Positions 16,644 to 23,854 of a DNA stretch of 32,290 nucleotides are shown here, one piece after another (positions within the stretch are counted from its first letter, which is position 1; every line of letters begins with the position of its first letter). The stretch is taken from positions 1-32,290 of the IMG/VR virus record IMGVR_UViG_3300017777_002275. The stretch is one strand, 5' to 3'. This DNA comes from a virus. Lineage: Duplodnaviria; Caudoviricetes. The translations under genes were made by a program, and so were the position numbers. The notes beneath the pieces were generated by a model that had not been told where the DNA came from, did no database searches, and saw only the letters and a list, made by a program, of their open reading frames with translations.

Positions 16644-18563
16644 ATGAAGCGACTACCGTCTCTATATCAAGAATTCATCCACCTTTCACGTTACAGTCGG
16701 TGGATTGATTCCGAAAAACGCCGTGAGACTTGGGAGGAGACGGTGAACAGGTACTTCACTTTCTTTGATCAGCACTTCACTGATCGCGGAGTGAAACTAA
16801 ATAGAACAACACGTGAGGAGTTGCGTCAAGCAGTTCTGAATCTTGAAGTCATGCCGTCCATGCGTGCACTAATGACTGCGGGTGATGCGCTCCGAAAGGA
16901 CAACACCGCAGGCTACAACTGCTCGTATGTGGCAGTGAACAAGGTTCGTGCCTTTGACGAGATCCTGTACATTCTCATGTGCGGAACGGGAGTAGGGTTC
17001 TCGGTGGAGCGACAGTATGTGGAAAAACTGCCTACAATTTCTGAGCACTTTACCCAAAGCGATACGGTCATTGTGGTCAAGGACTCCAAAGAAGGCTGGG
17101 CAAAAGCGTACCGAGAACTGGTATCCCTTCTTATTGGTGGTCAGATTCCCCGATGGGATGTGTCAAAGGTTCGTCCTGCTGGTGCCCGACTCAAGACTTT
17201 TGGTGGACGAGCAAGTGGACCCCGACCTCTTGATGAACTGTTCCAGTTCACGATCAGCACTTTTAAGAAGGCTGCTGGCAGAAAACTTACTTCCATCGAG
17301 TGCCATGATATCGTCTGTAAGATTGCTGAAATTGTTGTTGTCGGAGGAGTCCGTAGATCGGCTCTTATCTCGCTGTCGAATCTCACCGACGAGCGGATGC
17401 GGGACGCTAAGACTTGGCAGTGGTGGCTAGAGAACCCACAACGGGCACTAGCCAACAACTCTGTTGCGTACAAGGAGAAGCCTGAAATCGGCACCTTCAT
17501 GGAAGAGTGGGTTTCCCTGTACAAGTCCAAGAGCGGTGAGCGTGGCATCTTCAACCGCCAAGCCGCACAGAAGACCGTGGCTAAACTGGGTGATCGCCGT
17601 GATGCCACCTACGAATTCGGCACCAATCCGTGCTCGGAAATCATTCTCCGCGACAAGGAGTTCTGCAACCTGAGTGAAGTGATTGTGCGTCCAGAAGACA
17701 CTCCTGATACGCTGCGGCGCAAGGTTCAGTTGGCAAGCATTCTTGGCACGTGGCAAGCCTCACTCACGTACTTCCCGTACCTGTCCAGTGATTGGAAGGG
17801 CAACTGCGAAGAAGAGTGTCTGCTCGGGGTTTCACTCACAGGCATTCTTGACAACGCAGCCATGCGTACACAGGGAGCAGAACTGGAAGCACTGCTCCAG
17901 TCGCTCCGCACCACTGCCGTGGACACAAACAAGGAGTGGGCGAAGCGGATCGGCATCAATCCCGCAGCGGCTATTACTTGCGTGAAGCCAAGCGGTACGG
18001 TGTCGCAGTTGACCGATGCAGCCAGTGGCATCCACGCTCGTCACAACGAGTACTACATCCGCACTGTTCGGGCTGACCGCAAGGATCCCATGTGCCAGTT
18101 TATGATCGACAAGGGATTCCCTGCGGAGCCGTGTGTGATGCGTCCGGACCACACAATGGTGTTCTCGTTCCCGCAGAAGGCTGTGGGATCGGTGACCCGC
18201 AACGACATGACTGCCATTGAACACCTAGAGTTGTGGCTCACGTATCAGCGTCACTGGTGTGAACACAAGCCCAGCATCACTGTGACCGTTCGGGAGGGTG
18301 AGTGGATGGAGGTTGGTGCGTGGGTGTACGCACACTTTGACGAGTGCAGCGGCATCTCGTTCCTGCCCCACTCCGATCACACCTACCAACAGGCTCCGTA
18401 TCAGGACTGCACACAGGAGCAGTACGAAGCCGCTCTTGCTAAACTGCCACAGGAGTTGGACTGGAGCGAGTTGACTGCCTACGAGAAGGAAGACAACACC
18501 AAGGGCACTCAGACCTACGCGTGCAGTGGTGACAAGTGCGAAATTGTTGACCTGACTACATAA
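16644..18563 (+). CDS. nrdJ: Class II (adenosylcobalamin-dependent) ribonucleotide reductase, monomeric RTPR-like
   Basis: MPSMRAL, YNCSY, GTGVGFS, GGVRRSALI, GTNPCSEI, FCNLSE, TCVKPSGTVSQL and C-terminal CSGDKC. No nrdB is adjacent. AAGGAG SD and a CTACATA motif at 16609-16615. Confidence 0.92.
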   Translation: MKRLPSLYQEFIHLSRYSRWIDSEKRRETWEETVNRYFTFFDQHFTDRGVKLNRTTREELRQAVLNLEVMPSMRALMTAGDALRKDNTAGYNCSYVAVNKVRAFDEILYILMCGTGVGFSVERQYVEKLPTISEHFTQSDTVIVVKDSKEGWAKAYRELVSLLIGGQIPRWDVSKVRPAGARLKTFGGRASGPRPLDELFQFTISTFKKAAGRKLTSIECHDIVCKIAEIVVVGGVRRSALISLSNLTDERMRDAKTWQWWLENPQRALANNSVAYKEKPEIGTFMEEWVSLYKSKSGERGIFNRQAAQKTVAKLGDRRDATYEFGTNPCSEIILRDKEFCNLSEVIVRPEDTPDTLRRKVQLASILGTWQASLTYFPYLSSDWKGNCEEECLLGVSLTGILDNAAMRTQGAELEALLQSLRTTAVDTNKEWAKRIGINPAAAITCVKPSGTVSQLTDAASGIHARHNEYYIRTVRADRKDPMCQFMIDKGFPAEPCVMRPDHTMVFSFPQKAVGSVTRNDMTAIEHLELWLTYQRHWCEHKPSITVTVREGEWMEVGAWVYAHFDECSGISFLPHSDHTYQQAPYQDCTQEQYEAALAKLPQELDWSELTAYEKEDNTKGTQTYACSGDKCEIVDLTT

Positions 18564-18596
18564 AAGAACCCCACGGGAGATCGCATCTCTCGTCCG

Positions 18597-18626
18597 ACAA
18601 CCCCCGAAAGGGGGTTGTTTCTTTTT
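18597..18626 (+). terminator. Rho-independent terminator after nrdJ
   Basis: ACAACCCCC-GAAA-GGGGGTTGT is a perfect 9-bp stem with a GNRA loop, followed by TTCTTTTT. Confidence 0.9.
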
Positions 18627-18671
18627 GTAAATCCGGCAATTTTTATTCCGGCAAGTCTACTAGATATTTGC

Positions 18672-19376
18672 ATGAAGAGAGGTGTAGTCCATTCTCTTCT
18701 TGTGCTTGCGGCACTCCTGCTTGCAGCCTGTGTCTCGGATGTCGCCACCTACACCACCGCTGCACCTCCACAACCAAAGTACCTTGACGGTTTCACTCTC
18801 ATCCCCGACAGTGAGTACACCCCTGTGGGTCGTTTACTTACGTACGACGGCAGGCTCATTGGCAGTGCCGTACTAGTTCACCCTCGCGGAGTACTCACGG
18901 CTGCACACTGCGTGGACGAAGGACGGGCGTACTGGTTTGAAACCAACGGCAAACGGTACTGCATAGACTCCACACGGATTCACTCTCCGCAAATCGACTT
19001 GGCAGTGGTCGTACTGTACGAGCCGTGCGAAGAGCCGTGCTTGCCCCTGCCTGTCCACGGGGATTGGGTGCGTCGAGGCGAGCCACTGGTTGCTGTTGGT
19101 CACGGTGGAGGGTACAGAAAGCGCAGCAACCTTGGGGTGTTTTGGCATTACGGAACTCTTGTGGAAGAACCGTTCGCACTAAAGATGCTGTGCGTGAACG
19201 GCAGTATTTGGTTTGGCGACTCCGGTGGTGCAGTGGTAGACAACAGCGGCACTCTCGTAGGCATCGTGTCCTCGCTTGGCAGCAGAGGAGGAGTGGTCTA
19301 CGAGAACACCGCTGTTGTGGTGGAGCCGTTTTTGCCGTGGATTCAGTCAGTCTTGGAGGAACATCAATGCGACTAA
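18672..19376 (+). CDS. Trypsin-family (S1) serine protease lipoprotein
   Basis: Lipobox LAAC after MKRGVVHSLLVLAALL; catalytic triad motifs LTAAHC, IDLAVV and GDSGG. Start at ATG 18672, 5 nt after CTAGATA. Confidence 0.88.
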   Translation: MKRGVVHSLLVLAALLLAACVSDVATYTTAAPPQPKYLDGFTLIPDSEYTPVGRLLTYDGRLIGSAVLVHPRGVLTAAHCVDEGRAYWFETNGKRYCIDSTRIHSPQIDLAVVVLYEPCEEPCLPLPVHGDWVRRGEPLVAVGHGGGYRKRSNLGVFWHYGTLVEEPFALKMLCVNGSIWFGDSGGAVVDNSGTLVGIVSSLGSRGGVVYENTAVVVEPFLPWIQSVLEEHQCD

Positions 19377-19453
19377 CTAAACTTCAACGGGCTTTAGTCT
19401 GCGGCTGCGCTTTCTGTTTGGGTGTGTTGGTTGCGCGCTCTTTGGGCTTCTAG
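19367..19453 (+). CDS. Putative 28-aa membrane peptide
   Basis: GGAGGA SD; MRLTKLQRALVCGCAFCLGVLVARSLGF*. Overlaps the 3' end of the antisense gene. Confidence 0.4.
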   Translation: MRLTKLQRALVCGCAFCLGVLVARSLGF

Positions 19454-19648
19454 TTCAGCCTTTAGCGCGTCAATCTCACCATTCAGATCGGCTTCTGCCT
19501 TCTTGCGTTCCTTGTCTGCAATTTCCAGTTTGGACTGGAGCAGAATGGTTTCTGCAAGCAAGTCATTCATCTTCTTCTGCAACACGGGAATGAGAACGGT
19601 TTCGTTATAGTTTTCCTTCTCAACGGCTGGGGTAATTGGTGGAATCAT
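19394..19648 (-). CDS. Small coiled-coil hypothetical protein
   Basis: AAGGAG SD and a CTAAATA motif (19671-19677, minus strand); heptad-like helical sequence. Confidence 0.72.
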   Translation of the reverse strand: MIPPITPAVEKENYNETVLIPVLQKKMNDLLAETILLQSKLEIADKERKKAEADLNGEIDALKAELEAQRARNQHTQTESAAAD

Positions 19649-19670
19649 GTAATGGATTCTCCTTTCCCTG

Positions 19671-19690
19671 TATTTAGACAGGCATAAATA
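19671..19690. promoter_or_regulatory. Back-to-back divergent late promoters
   Basis: TATTTAG (19671-19677, CTAAATA on -) and ATAAATA (19684-19690, +) face the two divergent genes. Confidence 0.65.
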
Positions 19691-19698
19691 GGTACGGT

Positions 19699-20292
19699 AT
19701 GATCATTGCAGGAATCGACTATTCTCTTTGCGGACCAGCGATCTGCTTGTACAAGCAAACAGATCCCAAGCGATTCTGCTACTCCGACTGCTCGTTTTTC
19801 TTTCTCACAGACAACAAGCGGCAGTCAGAAATTCGCACCACCAACATATTCGGTGAACGCCTCACGGACTGGGAGTCTTCAGAGCAGCGGTACGAAACCA
19901 TTGCAGACTGGGCACTGGACATCGTGATGGGGTGTTCACAGGTTGCAGTGGAAGGCTACGCATACGCCGCCACAAGCAATCGGGTGTTTCAGGTAGCCGA
20001 AAACACAGGACTGCTGAAGTACAAACTGTACCAGTTGGGCATTCCTGTCACCGTGATCCCGCCCACCGAGGTAAAGAAGCACGCCACAGGCAAGGGCAAC
20101 GCAGACAAGAACGCCATGTACACCGCATTCATCCACGAGACAGGCGACAACATAAAAGCACTCCTCACACCGAAGCGGGAGGAGTGCGTGAGTCCGGTTT
20201 CAGATATCGTGGACTCGTACTTTATCTGTAAGCGGTTGTTCCAGTCCTTGCGCGAGGACTCCCGCTGCGAGATTGAACCCGATGAAGGTTAA
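19699..20292 (+). CDS. RuvC-like (RNase H fold) nuclease / Holliday junction resolvase
   Basis: IAGIDYS, VAVEGYAY, PTEVKKHATGKGNADK and SDIVDSY. Confidence 0.8.
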   Translation: MIIAGIDYSLCGPAICLYKQTDPKRFCYSDCSFFFLTDNKRQSEIRTTNIFGERLTDWESSEQRYETIADWALDIVMGCSQVAVEGYAYAATSNRVFQVAENTGLLKYKLYQLGIPVTVIPPTEVKKHATGKGNADKNAMYTAFIHETGDNIKALLTPKREECVSPVSDIVDSYFICKRLFQSLREDSRCEIEPDEG

Positions 20293-20672
20293 GGCGTAGG
20301 CGGCTCGACGGGCTTGTCTTCCGATGCAGGCTCAACCGGAGCAGGTGCGGTTGGCGCGGGGACAGCGACCGCAGCGTTCTGTGCTTTCTTGAATGCCTTG
20401 TACGCACGGCTCTTCTCTGTCTCGCAAGTTTCGCAGACAGGCGGCTTCTTTACGTACTCGCGCCATGTCCATGCCACCACCATCAGTAGAACAGGAACAT
20501 ACCAGATCACCCACCCGTAGCCGGTGTTGATCTTGCTGTTCTTTGCAATCTGTTCCTTTAGACTCAACATGATCACTGAGTCACCAGTGGAGTCAGGAAT
20601 GATTTCGGGTCCAACACACTGACACCCAGCAACCAGTGCAACGATTCCTAGAAGTACGGCAAGTCTAGTCAT
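20289..20672 (-). CDS. Lipoprotein with an internal TM segment and Pro/Ala-rich tail (possible spanin-like lysis protein)
   Basis: GAGGAGG SD before ATG 20672; MTRLAVLLGIVALVAGC lipobox; TM segment GWVIWYVPVLLMVVAWTW. Confidence 0.65.
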   Translation of the reverse strand: MTRLAVLLGIVALVAGCQCVGPEIIPDSTGDSVIMLSLKEQIAKNSKINTGYGWVIWYVPVLLMVVAWTWREYVKKPPVCETCETEKSRAYKAFKKAQNAAVAVPAPTAPAPVEPASEDKPVEPPTP

Positions 20673-20682
20673 GGCAACCTCC

Positions 20683-21120
20683 TCAACTCTTGTTTGCAGC
20701 AGCGGCAGTTCCGAAGTAGAAGCCAACGATGCTGACTAGTATTTGTCGGGTTTCGGAAGCGTACACGAAGCCGTTCACTTCCACGAAGTACTTCTTTGCT
20801 GTTGCAGGAATGAGTCCGAACAGCCCTTCAGGTGAGTTGGTGTCCACTTCCACGAAAGTGGGTACGCCAAAGAAAGGCAGGATGAACGGAGCCAGTAGGG
20901 TTCCGAACAGAACAGACAGCACTATGAGTTGGCGAACGCCCTTGCCCAAGTCAATGGGTACGCGCTCTGCTGCTTTGTCTTGGTTTTCTGTGGTCTGCTT
21001 GTTGGCTGTGATGAGACGTTCAAACATCTCCTTTTGGTCTTGTCGCTTTTCTGCCATGAAGCGGAACAAGAAGCCAACGGCAGAGCCTCCTACGAGTGAA
21101 ATGAGTTCTGGTGCAAACAT
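20683..21120 (-). CDS. Holin-like membrane protein (3 hydrophobic segments)
   Basis: Hydrophobic N-terminal, central and C-terminal segments ending in SIVGFYFG, as in 3-TM holin-like families. Late-promoter motif ATAAATA at 21160-21166 (-). Confidence 0.62.
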   Translation of the reverse strand: MFAPELISLVGGSAVGFLFRFMAEKRQDQKEMFERLITANKQTTENQDKAAERVPIDLGKGVRQLIVLSVLFGTLLAPFILPFFGVPTFVEVDTNSPEGLFGLIPATAKKYFVEVNGFVYASETRQILVSIVGFYFGTAAAANKS

Positions 21121-21145
21121 ACCTTACCCTTTCTGTAGAGTTCGA

Positions 21146-21349
21146 TTACACTACTCTGTTATTTATGAGTCTAGCCGTCTTGCGGCGACGAATATTTTGT
21201 TTCTTTTGGGCATTGGAAACCGGAGGAAAGTCAGGGGGCAAGCCTGCAATATGGGTTCCGCTGGCGGTGTTGGTGGGTGGAGTGGCACCCATAGGCGGTG
21301 GCACCTCTTCCATGAACTGTGCGAATGTTTTGAGTTTACGGTTGCCCAT
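21146..21349 (-). CDS. Small probable head-internal protein
   Basis: GGAGG SD before ATG 21349. LKTFAQFMEE resembles the T4 capsid-targeting sequence; the C-terminus is basic. Confidence 0.68.
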   Translation of the reverse strand: MGNRKLKTFAQFMEEVPPPMGATPPTNTASGTHIAGLPPDFPPVSNAQKKQNIRRRKTARLINNRVV

Positions 21350-22862
21350 AGGTGCCGCCTCCAAAAACCATGAAGTGTATGCGTTCTTTGACTCCGCTTT
21401 GATACGTTACCGATGATCTATTCCAACTGTTGTCCGTAGAGTTCTGCTTTAGTGATATGACACGGAACCCGTTTACAGTTTTGTACCCACGACCCACGAG
21501 CAGCATGGAGTAGTCTGTAAGGTTACCGTAGTCAACCACAGAAGACTCTACTTCTCCGGAAAGAATCACGCAGTAGTTTGCGTTGACTAGAGGCTTGGCA
21601 AACGTGATGTCGAAAACAGAGTTTGCCCCTGCGCTTACGCCACTCAGTACGTTGTAGCCCCCTTCAATGTACGCACTTACAGGTGAAGACGATCCAGTGT
21701 TTGGTGGTATCACTACGGTTCCGTAGGCTACGGGTGAACGGGCAGACAGTAGCGCGGGCATATGGGAGTTGTACGTTGCTCCAGTCACACCAAAGCCACT
21801 TGCTCCAGGAAACAACTGCTTCTTTGCGTCTTGATTGCCGAACACAGGATAGGTGGCTTCTGTTTTTACATACGGAGAAGCCAAGGAGCCTGGCTCTACC
21901 TGAACTCCCCAAATATACGCAGACACCGTTGATGCATTGAGTCCTGAAACAAAACTGCCGCGAAGAGTGAAGTTGACTGAATTCATAGAAGTCACTGCTG
22001 TGTCTGCAATCTGTTCTGTTCCGCTGTATCTCTTCCAATCTGGCGTTAGCGTGATGTGTGTGTATGGACCACCAGCAGGTCCACGAATAGTAAGTGTTGC
22101 TCCACCACCCGCACTCTTTGCCCAAAACGACCACGTGTACAATCCGTTCGGTCCAGTTACTCCTTTGAAAACAGAATTGAATAATATATCTCTACGCAAT
22201 ATAGAGTAGTCACCAGCGTTTGCTGATGTTGCGCCAATGTTCAGGGTAACCTTGTCTGCGTTCAGTTCTCCCGTGACTGGATTTGGCTCCACATTTGATT
22301 CCACAACTGGATTCACACCAGTTCCTGCTATTAAGGGACTCCACTGTGTCAAGTCTTCGCTGTATTGTGAGAGGTTTGCAACATACGGATCGTACAGGTC
22401 GCGGGTGGTCTTGAACCCAAACACCGCAGTGTTCAGGTGGACTCCATCGTCGTTTCCGCCGCCCACGTTAAAGTCCCCACTGGTTGCAGTGTTACCACCC
22501 GCACCAACCGGACCAGGAAACTTGTATGTGGTGTACCGAACTCCTGCGGTGGTTCCTGATGCGGTTGCGCCTATTAGTCCGCTTGCCAAGTTTCTGGTGG
22601 ACTGGACCACAACTGGAACGGTATGGTCCTTTACTTCAGGAGTAAACAGTATCACGTATCCACCGCCCCCCAGACGAGTGGGAACAGAGAACGAGATTCC
22701 GTGAACTCCTGATGAAATGTACGTGACTCCTTGTATACCACTACTGGCACGTAGTTGATCTGTGGTGCTGCCGTTGCCTACGCGGATGTTTGCCCACGCG
22801 TCACAGCCGACCACGGGAGACGCAGCAGAGTACAGGCTGGATGAAGACTGGTAATTGCTCAT
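21336..22862 (-). CDS. Fibre/spike-associated protein with a central carbohydrate-binding-like domain
   Basis: Central NLSQYSEDLTQW...YTWSFWAK...IWGVQVEPGSLASPYVKT domain flanked by two beta modules. ATG 22862 overlaps the upstream TGA. Confidence 0.72.
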   Translation of the reverse strand: MSNYQSSSSLYSAASPVVGCDAWANIRVGNGSTTDQLRASSGIQGVTYISSGVHGISFSVPTRLGGGGYVILFTPEVKDHTVPVVVQSTRNLASGLIGATASGTTAGVRYTTYKFPGPVGAGGNTATSGDFNVGGGNDDGVHLNTAVFGFKTTRDLYDPYVANLSQYSEDLTQWSPLIAGTGVNPVVESNVEPNPVTGELNADKVTLNIGATSANAGDYSILRRDILFNSVFKGVTGPNGLYTWSFWAKSAGGGATLTIRGPAGGPYTHITLTPDWKRYSGTEQIADTAVTSMNSVNFTLRGSFVSGLNASTVSAYIWGVQVEPGSLASPYVKTEATYPVFGNQDAKKQLFPGASGFGVTGATYNSHMPALLSARSPVAYGTVVIPPNTGSSSPVSAYIEGGYNVLSGVSAGANSVFDITFAKPLVNANYCVILSGEVESSVVDYGNLTDYSMLLVGRGYKTVNGFRVISLKQNSTDNSWNRSSVTYQSGVKERIHFMVFGGGTYGQP

Positions 22863-23305
22863 GCAAACACCACCACTCCTATGCTGGCATTGCGGGAACT
22901 CCAAAGAGTAATGGCTCCTATTTGGTTGTGAGTTGTGGCTGGACCACTAGAGGCGAGTGAGAATCCCGATGTGGGAGTCATGTGTATGCCGCTTCGCACC
23001 CAAAACGATTGGCGGGTTTTGGGGTAGGTGGGGGTGTTGAGAACGTGAAGAGTTTTCAGTTCTGCGCCTTGATACCCGTTCACAAACACCTTGTACTTCG
23101 TGTTGGGCATGGGAGTCACAAACACAAACTGTAGTGCGCCTGTAAACTGTGCGGTGCCCCTGCCCAAATACAGGTTGTAACCGTCCACAAAGTTCGTAGC
23201 GTCAAATTCTGCCTGGTTGGTTCCTCCCAGATGGTTGCTGACCAGTGCCCACGCTGCAACGCCTGAGTTGTGACCAAACAGCGGAATGGATGGTGAGTTC
23301 TGCAA
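22859..23305 (-). CDS. Beta-rich protein paralogous to the terminal modules of the downstream fibre-like gene
   Basis: AAWALV...FVFVTPMPNTKYKV; TTG start with a GAGGA SD. Confidence 0.65.
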   Translation of the reverse strand: MQNSPSIPLFGHNSGVAAWALVSNHLGGTNQAEFDATNFVDGYNLYLGRGTAQFTGALQFVFVTPMPNTKYKVFVNGYQGAELKTLHVLNTPTYPKTRQSFWVRSGIHMTPTSGFSLASSGPATTHNQIGAITLWSSRNASIGVVVFA

Positions 23306-23689
23306 CTACAGTCCTCTCAAAATTTGAGCCAGTCTAGTGTCCATAGGCAGGAACTCCACACGCAAATCATCAAGTACTGTGCCTTCATCTATGTAGTTCA
23401 GATACAGGAGGACTGTTTTGAGTGCGGGGTGGGTTTCCGCTTCCAGTTTGTAGAACAGCATTCGTGACGCAGGGTACGCACCAAACACGTTGCCCAAGAT
23501 CACCAAGTGGTTCAGCAGCAGAATGGGGCGCAGGTTTCCTGTGCGGCAGTATTTCTTAAGTAATCGCTTCACGTACTTGACCTTTGCAAGGTCTTCGTTG
23601 AACTCTGCCATGCCCAAGCAGTCAGGGTTACTGTAGTGCCCTATTGCGTACAGCATGAAGTTGTCTTTGGATAGCCGCTTGAAGTCCAT
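23306..23689 (-). CDS. Conserved T4-like hypothetical protein
   Basis: NFMLYAI.HY.NPDC..EF.EDL..KYVKRLL...LLLNHLVILGNVFG pattern widespread in aquatic T4-like phages (recalled). Confidence 0.8.
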   Translation of the reverse strand: MDFKRLSKDNFMLYAIGHYSNPDCLGMAEFNEDLAKVKYVKRLLKKYCRTGNLRPILLLNHLVILGNVFGAYPASRMLFYKLEAETHPALKTVLLYLNYIDEGTVLDDLRVEFLPMDTRLAQILRGL

Positions 23690-23704
23690 GACAAAGTGGC
23701 GGGT

Positions 23705-23854
23705 TCAGCCCTTGCGCTTGGGTCGCTTGGGCTTTGGTGGTGGAGCCTTGGGCATTTCAGCAGGATCCGGAGTGATTAGAGTGGTTCCGGTGGTGAACTC
23801 GGGGTTCACCTGTGCTGATTCTGCCCGAAACGCCTTGAAGGACTTGCGAGTCAC
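23705..23854 (-). CDS. Small probable head-internal peptide (49 aa)
   Basis: GTG start overlapping the upstream TGA (GTGA); MTRKSFKAFRAES capsid-targeting-like N-terminus; Pro/Lys-rich tail. Confidence 0.58.
   Translation of the reverse strand: MTRKSFKAFRAESAQVNPEFTTGTTLITPDPAEMPKAPPPKPKRPKRKG

Noticed and set aside
4375-18563. Inteins, introns or stop-codon recoding in core genes
   Set aside because: gp43, UvsX, gp41, gp61, ThyX and NrdJ are uninterrupted and of normal length in the standard code.
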